In this document: positions 50,200-61,800 of the stretch, one piece after another
How the letters are laid out: every line of letters begins with the position of its first letter
Position numbering within the stretch: position 1 is the stretch's first letter
Notes under the pieces: model-generated
Database searches by the model: none
Seen by the model: only the letters and a program-made list of their open reading frames with translations
Told to the model about the DNA's origin: nothing
Made by a program: the position numbers and the translations under genes
Source: Phallusia mammillata
Taxonomy: Eukaryota
Assembly: GCA_965637545.1 (NCBI GenBank)
Contig: OZ281495.1
Coordinates: forward strand, 22,754,001-22,818,000
Reading direction: 5' to 3'
Length of the DNA stretch: 64,000 nucleotides

Positions 50200-51760
50200 C
50201 TATATACCGTGATATTTTCATAGATCATTTGATAATTGTGGTCGCTTTTCGCATCAATAAATGCAGTGAAGCCACGAGTTTGATGTTTAACAAAACAAGG
50301 TGACTCGCATTGTAGAAAGTTTACGAATCATCCGCTAATTGTTTAGACAAGCAAAATGAGAACATTTTCTCCCTATAGGAAACATTGTCGCTTTTATAGA
50401 CTCTTAATTTCTGACGAAGGGAAACAGACGTTTTATCACAAACACATTTTTTCGTATGTTAATGTTTTTGGTATGAAAACGGAATCTATAATTTACTATC
50501 ATTTTGTTAAATGATTTACGATCCTATATTTAAGAACTTTTTGCACGCTTTTAGGTGTTTAGAAAAAATACGATTTTGCTTTTTCTGACAAAGAAAAATG
50601 CGAGTTTTTGCTTGAGCCATCCCACGTAAAAATGATTGTCGGCGGCGTTGCTCCTTTCAAAGTTTCGCGAAGGTGCCTATTCACAGTTGTGTACACAAGG
50701 TTGTAGGCTGTCGTGTCGCACTAGCGCATCGCAGTGACTCAGTTAATCATTAAAATTCCATCAAAAAGTTGTTTGCTTCCAATGAAAATCTCCTTGACTA
50801 CAGGCAACGCGAAGATTAGGAGCGCCACAGATAGCTATTAAACGTCAGGTAGTCTCTTTTACGTCGCGTTTTATGGGATTATTGGCTAATAATAATTTAT
50901 TGCAATTTTGTCCAGACGTGTTCCTATGCTATTCGCAAGGTGCGTACTTATTGGGCACAGGTAGACAAAATGTGTCTCACTTGTTTAGTTATAGAACGTA
51001 GGTGGGATGGAACTTTGACGTCATAATAGACGACCCGTGGTGAAGGACGCTGTGGCGTTTTCGAGTAAACCAATCTGTCACAGTTTTATTGCATTTACCA
51101 ATTGCTTGTCGATAACGTCGCTTGTTGAATGACAGAGGTTTGTGGCTTAACCACAGTCCCATACCTTTCCTGCCGGAGCACAAAAGATAGTTGTTGTTAA
51201 CTGAGTTAAATTTCGATGCGTCACTTCGGGCCCAAGCCGCTGTTTATCGGGTCAACGTTGATCCGAGATCGATTTTCAATGTACAGTAACAACAATAATA
51301 GCGATATGGTTTTTGCGTTACCAAAGAACCGAGATTTTTGTCAAGATAATTGCCACCCTGTGGACGATGAAAAGTAGATAGATTTGCTTTGTCAGAAATC
51401 AGGGATGTGTGAACAGCAAGCTGACTCTGTTTTGTGCAGCGCTAGCATTGGTTACGGCAACTTTACAAATATGTGGTTTCGGAAGCACGTTTTACGTTTT
51501 ATGAGAGCTGTTTGCTTGTGCACCGCAGTATTGACTTTGCTGCTTTAATTTATGTTTCAAAGTTCAGTAGGCTACTAGGCACAAGTTATTATTAAAATAC
51601 TGATTGCACAGGGGCGTGACACCAATCACTTTAAAAATCAGTTGGCTGTGCTGCTTAAATTTGGCTTTGAAAGTTTAGTGCCAGAAAAGTTACTATTAAA
51701 TTTAAAATAGTAACTGTGCAGGAGCGTATACATAACATAACTATAGTTTAAAATCTGAGA
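50200..51760. promoter_or_regulatory. Divergent (head-to-head) promoter region between ANKS1 and ANKUB1
   Basis: Lies between the ANKS1 start (49016, -) and the ANKUB1 start (51768, +). CpG-retaining relative to the ANKS1 5' exons. Contains TGACTCA, GTTAATCATTAAA and TGACGTCA motifs. Limits are approximate. Confidence 0.55.
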
Positions 51761-51767
51761 TGAAAAC

Positions 51768-54678
51768 ATGAGAATCACAGTAGTTTTCGAAGACACTCGG
51801 TTGCCCCTTGACGTGCGTCCTGATGACAAAGTTAAGACCGTCAAGAACATGGTCAATAAAAAGCTGCTGGTGGATACTATGGACGACAAGCGAGTGGGAA
51901 GTTATCTTGAGCTAAGATTTGCAGGTAACGCACTAAATGATTAGACGGTGGATATGCTTGTTTTCGGCATTACAAAGGAACTTACGTTGAGTGCCTTTAA
52001 CAGGTGCAGCACTGCAGAACGATTGGGTACTTCAAGATCTCTCGGTCATTTCGGGTTCTGTCATAAAATGCGCCATCAAAACGATTCAAAAGCCAAAACT
52101 TCAAGTGTTCTCAAATTACAACGGGGAAACATTGTCACTGACTGAAGACATAGATCCACTTGTGGTATGTTGTCACGAATATACCAAACTTTTATATTCC
52201 ATAAGATGAACAACTAACAATGGAAAATATTTCCCAGTAACAAAATCATGAGATAAATATCGTGAAATATACATTTCGCTTAATTGGCATATTCAGTTCA
52301 TTATTCAAATAGAATCTCCGATTCTGTTCAGATCAAAAACTCTCGGTGCCATAAAATAAATTTTTGGTTTGGATTAAAAAATATATATCCAACAACAAAC
52401 TAACACAATATGGTCTATATGCCAACCTCATATGGTCAATATGGTCTATATACCAACCTCATATGGTCAATATGGTCTATATACCAACCTCATATGGTCA
52501 ATATGGTCTATATACCAAATTTGTTTGCTTGCAGATGCAAGTTGGTGAGTTGAGGTCAATTCTCTCGAAAAAATTGGGAATTCCCGTGTCAGTATTTCGC
52601 TTGTCACGCAATAAATCCGAAAGTAGGCAGTTAACTTTGACGGGGGCAAAGAATGTTACTGTTAACACTGGAAATCTGAAGAATACGAGGACTGAAATGT
52701 ATGACAACAATACGTTGGACTATTATGGAATTGAAATCGGCAGCACAGTGAGACTTGATGTATGGGACGGTTGGAAAGAGTTAATTTTGTCCGCAGTGGC
52801 AGGTTAGTTGTCATCTCCATAAATTATATTCGCAACAAATAGATGTCGGTTCTTACGAATGCGGGTATTGGTAATTTTTTTTCGGAAATTTCATTTTTAT
52901 CGTTGCAGGACATGAGAAATCAGTCCAAAGATATTTATCATGGGACAGAGAAGTCCGGATATTTCAGTATCGAGTCCTTTTGTACATCGCAGCTCATTAC
53001 GGCCACATGGGACTTTCCACTAGTATGATGCGGGTACGATGCAAACCTAAATCTTGTTGTCAGTATCGCATCTAATTGCTGATAGAAATGTATGTGATAA
53101 ATGTCACAATCACAGTAGATAACTTTCAAAATGCTTTTTAGCACGGAGCGAAGCCACAGGAACCTGTTGGAACGTATCCGGCAAGAAAATGGTGCATGGA
53201 AAGCGAACACAAAGAAACAATAAAGTGCCCAGTGCATGTTGCCTGCATTCGTGGGCATTTGCCCATTCTACGCCTGTTTGTTCGTAGCAGTCCTTTGTGC
53301 TTTGTTGTGTTGGACGAACAAGGCAGAACTCCAATACAAGTGAGTTGTAGAGTTTTTACAGTATTTTAACAAGTTTCTTCACAAGATATATAGCAGTTTT
53401 TTGCACAAACCACAATTTTTAATTTATGTCCAATAAGGGGTTTTGTATGCCATAATTCATCAGCTAGACGTGTTGTAGATAACCCTTCGATACCGCCATC
53501 GCGACTGCTTTGAGTTCCTCATCGTACGACAATGGGGCAGAAAAATGGCCAAGGACTTTTCAATATCGGTCATCGTGTATTGTCGTATCCTTCAATGGAG
53601 TGAGCGGGCAAAGGCAACTGCTCTGCTGAAATATGGAACCGACAAGTCGACATACAGAGGCAAGCCTCCGAAAGCGGGCGCCCTAGTTGGCGCCGGGGTC
53701 TTGATCGATGGGTTTTCCAAAGTGCCGGCCAACTCCTTGGCGTTTGATGAAATGCCAAAACCGGCACTCTCGCCAGACCGCGTTTTGCCTGCTATTACAA
53801 TGGCCAAACGTAAACTGAGGTCATTTCGCCAGCAACGTCAAACGTCCGTCGCTCGACGAGTCTCGACATCATCCGCGACCAGTAGCAGAAATAGATTAAG
53901 TTCTGCCAGAACTGCCGCCTCTGTGCGGTCGTCGATATCACGCACCAACAGTGTGGCATCGGGTCTTGTTCCACTCCAAAGCGATTTTTCGCACGACCGT
54001 GAAATGCTTAGTAGCGGCAACCAACGACAAGCGATCCGACGAAGAAATTCCATCCTTAAAAACGGCAAGTCAAATGTCACCAAAAACAGCTCATCAAACG
54101 AAAGCATATTGGTCGAAGAGTCGCAACTTAAACTTATCAGCGGCAAAGATGTTGATGAGAAGTCTGTTATTGGCGATTTGCGTGGAATTTCGAAGTCGAC
54201 AACGAATGGTCTACACAGAAAGGATTCGCGGATCTCGTTTAACCCGGAGAGTTTCGTTAATGCAAAAACACCGACTACAAATAACGACCCCCAAACGTCG
54301 TTCAGCTACACTCCCTATAGCTCTCTGAGGTCTTTACAGCCAGCTGTGAAACGAAAAAGGGCACTGCCTGCAATCAAACCTAAAGTAGCCGAAAGTGCAA
54401 TCCCATTGCCAGCCAAAAGTCTTGAGTGTCAGTTAAAGCCATTTTTCTACTGGTCTCCCTTCGAGAGTTTGGAAAATCCGGTGGACGAGACACTACGCAA
54501 GTTCGAATCCTACCGTGGCACGGAAGCACGTCAGCATGCAGTCCAATGTCTGGCAGTTACCAGCGAATTCACCGAAAAGCGATGGCTACAGCAATTGCAG
54601 CTCGCTGTAAGTTTGACGCGCCGAGGTGTTAAAAAGAGGCGAGGTCAAGAAGCATCTACTGTTCCAACCCTGGGGTGA
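51768..54678 (+). CDS. ANKUB1: Ankyrin repeat and ubiquitin domain-containing protein 1, 702 aa
   Basis: Exons 51768-51924, 52004-52164, 52535-52802, 52909-53033, 53142-53339, 53479-54678, phase-consistent. Motifs YLELRFAGAAL, LGIPVSVFRL, EMYDNNTLDYY..IGSTVRLDVWDGWKE, YIAAHYG, KCPVH and CLAVTSEFTEKRWLQQL match recalled vertebrate ANKUB1. Confidence 0.9.
52406..52518. repeat. 31-bp minisatellite, about 3.6 copies, in ANKUB1 intron 2
   Basis: Unit CAATATGGTCTATATACCAACCTCATATGGT repeated head-to-tail, with one substitution in the first copy. Confidence 0.92.
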
Positions 54679-55070
54679 AAGACATTTTGCTTACCCGTAA
54701 TCTTTGTGACGCACGTTTAGCTGTACATTGTCGTTGACAGTAACGATTTATTTTTGGAAAAATATACATCACACTGAAGCAGTTTTGTCCAAGAAAGGTG
54801 TAATCTACAAATAATCACGGGCTGTGGCTACGTATTTTTACAATGCCAAGCAATATCCCATATCAAACCAAACGGGCTTAGTTTGATGAAAACCAAAGTT
54901 TCTCAACGCTTATTTTGTTTTTAATTAACCTGAAATCCACAGTTAAGGTGTTTAAACATTAAACACCTCCCAAGCCGAACCAAAGAAGGTCAAGGTTCAG
55001 CGGTTTAATATCACTTAAAACGTTCATGATTTGTATTGGAAACGACCACAACATATATAGGATATTTGTT

Positions 55071-55200
55071 TCACTCCTGTCGTGGGTTCGAATCCCACCG
55101 CAGGCTAGATTTTTCTAGCCTACGCCTTGCCATATGGTGGTGAATGCTTGGTGACCGGCTGATTCGGTATAGCGCCTTCAATGGCCCTGGCGAACTGTGA
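55071..55200 (+). mobile_element. tRNA-derived SINE-like remnant (B box/T arm only)
   Basis: GTGGGTTCGAATCCCAC (55082-55098) is a perfect tRNA T arm. It is followed by the hairpin AGGCTAGA-TTTT-TCTAGCCT and a GC-rich body. No A box, D arm or anticodon arm is present. Confidence 0.55.
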
Positions 55201-55837
55201 TTTAAATTCTGAGTATTTAGGAAGCTGCTGGAAGCTGTAAAAAATAGTTGCAAAAGTTGCAAAAACTTGCCCTAGTGATTACACAGTTCTGCTGGCTGTG
55301 TAAATGGCGGAATTTATGCTAGCGGCAAAGTTTTATTATCATTTCTATGTAATTTAACTTGTTTAAATCGAATGTAATGTATTAATTGATTGGCTTTTAT
55401 CACAGATTTATACTTTTGTGGTCAAAAATGCAGACGATTTTTTAAAAAGAAATTGTGATTTATTACTGTGCAAAGACACCACCTTGTGACGCAAAGATTA
55501 CTGTCCTCAGCAACCAATGAAGCGTCAACATTGTTTGTTTATGTAGGTTTTTTCGAAGTTCTTGTAAAATCAAGTGTTGGTCACCTACGTACGACTTTTA
55601 TATATCTAATTATAGTCAACAATTTAGCATTTTGACAGAAATACAACTATGTACGGGACAAATAATTGTTGTGTATTATTTCGTTATTATTATTTTTTAC
55701 TGTTTCTTATTGATAATTATTGTTTGCTATTACTTGGTTTATATTATTACAGTCATTACATAGTCTTGGTCCTAATTGCGATTGTGACCTTTGGCGCATC
55801 AGGTTAACAATGAATTGGGATCAAAAATGCATGTGAG

Positions 55838-58800
55838 ATGCCAGTAAGCAAAGGCAAAGTGTCATTTTCAACCATTGTCAATGAAGCTGACATTGCATGT
55901 AATAGTGGGAAATATTTACAAGCCGAAAGCTTGTACTCTGCTGCAATTCAAGTGCAACCGCACAACTGTGCTGTGTATGGAAGTAGGTCTGCTGCAAGAG
56001 TCTTTTTAAAAAAGTTCAATGAAGCCCTACAAGATGCAGAGTATGCCATCGAACTTGATCCCACATATTCAAAGGTATTAAGTTTGTCTGTATCACAAAA
56101 AATACATTTTTTGTATGTCTGTGTATGACACTGTGTGAAAAGGGCACTCTTGGTAATGGATGTGCATCTTTATTCTTTGTTGTTCGTATTAAGGTTAAAA
56201 ACAATAGTTTTTGCTTAGGTTGCCAATAGGATAGCTTAAAATGCTTTGCCTAATATGTAAAAAAAATTAAACAATCCTGCAATGTTCAATCATGTTCTCC
56301 ACAAGATTGCAGAGATACAACAGTTTTGTAGAAATAATTAATCTTAAGAACTGGATGCTTTCAAATATGAATCTAGAACACTTTATTTTGAATATTTAGC
56401 AAGCGAAATTTTCCAGGGTTTCTTTCGATTGGGAGTTGCACTTCAACATGTAGGGAAATCATTTAAGGCCCTTGTGGCCTTTGCAAAAGCTATGGCACTT
56501 GATGCTAAGAATCCCATTTTTCTGAATGTACTCACTGAAACCGCACTAAACTCATCACTTAAAGGTAAGGGAATATTAAATATTTGTGTGCAGTGTTTTT
56601 TTACCGAAACGGTCCCCCAAATTTCTCCAGCGGTTTCCCAAAATTTGCCAGTAGCCTAATAAATAATTCGTTTAAGCAAATATGGCTATTTTTTGTTATT
56701 TAAATGAAACACTTGCGGTCTCTTAAAACTACTTAGCGGTCACCCAAACCAAACCTTAAAAAAAAAACTGTTTGTGTCCAAAACAAACTTGTTTAATTTA
56801 GAATTGCCTGTTGTTAGTTGTAATTTTGAAAATTGCCATTCTTTTTCAGCATCATTACAGCCTGTTTTGCTTCAACTGAAAGGGATGAATTTAGAAAGCA
56901 ATCCATTTGTCATTACATCTGTAATTGGCCAAGATTTGCTGGCCCACAACGCCACAAGTGAAGCTGTTGATGTATGTAGTATGTTATAGTGTTCAGTTTG
57001 TTCAAATTATTTGTCTGTCCTGGATTTATATGTCAATGCAAAAAGACAACAAACCTGTCTTCAACAGGTCTTAAATCACTACCAAGTCTTTGTGCTTCAA
57101 TAAAACTCTATATTTTAACAATTCACATTCCTTTGAGATTTGGCCAGTTAAACTGAATATATTTTGATCTTATTCTGGTTGGTCACTTACACTTTGGGTC
57201 TTGTTTCATTTCAGCCAAAACCAAATCTCGCTCAAAGGAAGCTACAAATGTTGTGGAATATTAAAATATTAGTACTTTCCTAATTATGACCTGTATATAT
57301 ATATAATTAAAACACTTATACACAGTAAGCATGTCATATTTTTAGATTTCATTACTTTAGCATCATTTAGGTGATGTAATGGCAGTTATTTGCACTATCT
57401 GGTTTTGTGGAAACCAAGATGCAGAACGCCTTTAATTGATTTTTATTGTTGGGCAATTGTGATTGATGAATGAATGCTTTAAATGGCATGTTTACGACTG
57501 TGTAAAGCTGATACTTTCACAAAGTCCGTGTTTGTATTTGATTCCTGTTTCAACCAGTCATGAATCTTTTGTTGTTAAAGGTTTTGGAATGTGCCCTTTC
57601 AATTGGTACTTATAGCCTGAAATTGAAAGGATCGGTCTACTCTGCACTCGGTAGTGCTCTTTGGTCAATGGACCACTATGAGAGGTATTTATCTATTTTA
57701 GGCTTTATAGTTTTTGGCATTATTTCACCTTTTATTCTTTAAAGTGGACTCTTGTGACACTTAGCTACATTTGTGCACATGCAGCATACTTTGATTGCCA
57801 CAACTACAAAATTATTGTAGCACTTAAAAGTGTCACTGCTTGCATTGTAAAACTACTTGGTTTTTCTCCAGAGTCAAACATAAGCAATATTCATTGCACT
57901 GTTTACCTTCTACATTTTGTGCCATGAAGTTAAATTATACCAGAACATCGATAACCCTACGAAGTTTAATAAAAACACGTAATAAATATAGCTTTTTTTA
58001 AATATTTATTTTATTTACTGCAGACTAAAAAATGTTAACACAGTTTGAATTATTTAGCAACTGCCCTAGTTCACTGCTGCATTTGTAGAAAAATTCCAAG
58101 CATATTTCTTTTCCTTTGCAAACATTCCAGGATCATGTTGTCATTACATCAACTTGTATTGACTATCTTTTGTAACACACCAACTCTTTCACATATTTGC
58201 ACAGAGCTTTGGTATACATGAAAGAAGATCTTGTAGTTTCCCAACAACTTTCTGATCCATCTGGTGAATGTCGGGCCCACAGCAATTTGGCAGCAGCACA
58301 CTTGTTTCAAGGAAGGCTGGAAGAAGCTGCTGCATCATACAAGAGCCAGCTTACACTTGCACAAAAAATTAAGGTTTGTCAAAAAACGGTCTTTTACATT
58401 ATGGCATATTATCTAGAATGTAATAGTTTGTTGATTTCAAGTACAATTTGTGTTGTTGTTTGAAGCTGTACATCTGTTTATACTTTAAGCTAAGTTGAGT
58501 TTATTTTGCTTGGTGAAAAAAGAGAATTACCATGCTGGAAACAGCTGCACAATGTTATGGAGCGCAAAGAAGTAGGGGACACAATTGGTGGGTACTGGGT
58601 AATGGCTAAACATACTGCAGCTACACTGTATTATATGCATTTAATTAGATGGATAATTTTGGGGGCTTGCAGATGTATGTTGATTTTCACACAAAACAAG
58701 CTGTTCCTAGGTGTAACAACTACTTATACTATGCAAATACTACTATTCACATTCCAATAAAACATATTTGGTTGATACTGTATGAATGCAATTTAGGATT

Positions 58801-61800
58801 AACTTATGTCATGCCTTCTCTTATTTCAGCACAAACGATTGACTGCAGCTGCATATGGGGGCTTGGGTCTTGTGTGCACTGCACTCGGTGATCACAGAGA
58901 TGCTGTGCAACATCATTCTCTGGCAGTGGAGATTGCATCACAAACTAAAGACTATTCCCTGAGGTGTCGTGAATTGAACAAAGTGGCCCAGGGTCATTTA
59001 TTGTTGGGAGATCCTCTTGCTGCTCTTAAATCACAAAAGGAAAGATTAAGGCTAGCTTCAGATCATCTTGCTGATGGTGGAAAAGAAGATATGCAGGCTT
59101 ATTTTGACATTGCAACAGTTTACAAACAACTAAAAAGGTAGAGTTAATATGTTGAATGAAATGAAAAATTAAGCAGTAAAAATAAAAATTAGTTATCAAC
59201 AGAAAGCAGGCTTTTGTATGGTTGTACACAATCTTGAGCTATTTATAAGTTTATTGTTAGCTTTATGCCACACCTTTGTAAGTTTTGCGATACTTTTATT
59301 GTTGAGTTTTTTGTGTAGATTTTTTTTAGCAGTTTCTTGAGAAGACCTCTCAAATTTTCACTATTTAATGTATAAAAATTCTCAATTTTTACATGCCTTC
59401 GAAAAACTGTGTTAAAATTTGGTTTATCAAGCTACATACTGTTTATAGACCCATGGAAGAAATGTCATGTCTGCAAAAAGCGTCAGAAATCAGCAAGAAA
59501 CTGGGTGATTTGACAAATGAAGGCAAGACACTTATATCACTTGGTTACGCTGCCAGGCATAAAGGTATTTTTTTGCAAATGTATTTGCAGTACAATAGGC
59601 TTTTATACACTTTTTACTTACTTTAAGGTGACATGGATGTTGCCAAAAAGACCTACGAGCGTCTACTTGAAATTGCTCTTGAGTCCAAGGATAAGTCGCT
59701 TGAAGCACGAGCTTGTGCCAACTTGGGCATTGTTTATCACCAGGTGACGGGAGTTGCGTTGTTTTTGTGATTGTAGAAGAATTTTTATGTTATTTTTTTA
59801 CGTTTTTACAATGCAATCTTTTGTTTATTTTTTTTCTTCATAACTGCGACCTATCGGAATTGTAAATATATATCATGAAACTCACGGGTAGTAGTAACTA
59901 GTGATATACCAGATGTTCTGTTTGCCGTAACATTTCGGTCAATATGCTCCTTGGCCAACGTTTCGGTTTTGGTCCGAACCTTTTGAGGCGGGTTCGGTAC
60001 ATCACTGGTAGTAACCTCACCAATTGCTTTGAAACCACACTTTTGGGTCGCCTTTAAATTTAAACAATGTTGTTTATTCCATTTTCGCAGATGTCTGACT
60101 ACGAACTGGCCTTAAAACTCCAGGCCAGATGTTTGACCATTGCCAAAAGCACGAGTGACGTCGCAAGTCAAGGAAGAGCTTATGGCAACATGGGAAATGC
60201 CTACAGTGCAATGGGACTGTATGAACAGGTTAGGAGTTGGTCAATATCAAACCGATTTAAATCCTTCTTACCTACTTTAACTGTTTCCTTTTGAAGGCTG
60301 TAAGTTACCATTCAAGAGAACTAGAGATTTCCACCAAAATCGATGATAAAGAGTCAGAGTGCAGTACACACGGAAATCTTGCCGTGGCGTATCAAGCATT
60401 GCAAGTGCAAGATAGGGCTTTACATCATTACAGGTACTGTAGTTGGTTCGTGAATATTGTTATTATTACATACTCAATTTATTAACTACATATAAACTAG
60501 CATAGACTAAAGTTGGTTAAAACTAGAGATGTACCGAATATTCGGTTTGCCGAATTTATTCGGCCGAATCGGTCATTTTTGCAAAGATTCGGTTTCGGCC
60601 GAATAATTTGTTGCGATTCGGCCGAAACCGAATCTTTTACGAACACAAATTTAAAGCGTTAAACATGTCTTTTCTGCTCATTAAGGCACCACGGAATCTT
60701 TCAAAAACCCAAACATAACGAAAATTGCGTCAATGTTTATCTTTTTCAACACATTATCGTTTTTCCCACGGTAGTCAAAAAAATTAGTAATTCATTGGCA
60801 GGTTGCCAATCATGCTTGAGGCAGTTTTAAACCCCACAGAACTGAAATCAGGACGAAACACGACTATTCTGCTCTAGTTGCCTGGTAGATGAACATTTTT
60901 TCATGTCCAACGCGTAGCGTACGACTTCGCGTGACGTCATAATTGATTCGGTTGATTCGGCCGAATTTATTCGGCAAAACCGCCGAATATTCGGTTTCGG
61001 CCGAATCGAAATTTAGCCGATTCGGTACATCACTAGTTAAAACACAGTTACCATAAACCACGACCATTACTTTAGCATTCATTATCGTTTTTAAGTAAAC
61101 GAACCAAATTTCAACCTTGCGCTTTCAGATGTCAGTATGAATTGGCGAAGCAAATCGGCAACGTTTCAAACCAATCCCGATCGCTCATGAATCTCGGCAA
61201 CTTCCACAACACAGTCGGTCGTTACCGTGAAGCAATGGAACTATACCACGAATACCTGCAACTCGCCACACAAGAAACGGATAAATCTGGCCAATGTAGA
61301 GCCCTATACAACCTTGGTTTTGCCTATTTTTCTCTCAAGCAGTATCCAGAGGCGGTCGAAAGTTATTTGCGAAGTGTGGAGGTCGCAAAAGAATGTCAAG
61401 ATAAACTTGCCATGGCGAGGGCTTACTGCAACTTGGGTCTCGCCCGCAAAGAGCTCGGGCAACACGAACTAGCGTTCGATTGTCAAAACCTCTTTTTAAC
61501 GCTTTCTACGGAGCTCAAGAGCACGCGCGGCAAATTCAAAGCTTTGGGCAATTTAGGCGATATTTTTGTCGCGAAACAGGAGCTTAACCAGGCCACAGGT
61601 TTTTATCAACAGCAGTTAGCATTAGCTGAGCAAAGCAACGACTCCGTGCTTATTGCCCAAGCTTATGCGTCGCTTGGCACAACTCTTCGAGGCCTTGGAC
61701 ATTTAGAGCAAGCCGCTGAGATCCACACAAGGGAAGTTAACATTTATCGCAACAGCGTTAAAGAATCTAAGGTGGAATACAAAGCTCAAGGTCGACTTGG

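Noticed and set aside
52406-52518. 31-bp repeats as a possible CRISPR-like array
   Set aside because: The units are directly adjacent with no spacers and lie in a eukaryotic intron. This is an ordinary minisatellite.
55071-55105. Functional tRNA gene (Leu/Ser-like 3' half)
   Set aside because: The acceptor 5' strand, D arm and anticodon arm are missing, so it cannot form a cloverleaf.
54679-55837. ANKUB1-TTC28 as a tunicate-style operon
   Set aside because: The genes are on the same strand but 1.16 kb apart with a SINE-like insert between them, and nothing in the sequence indicates polycistronic processing.
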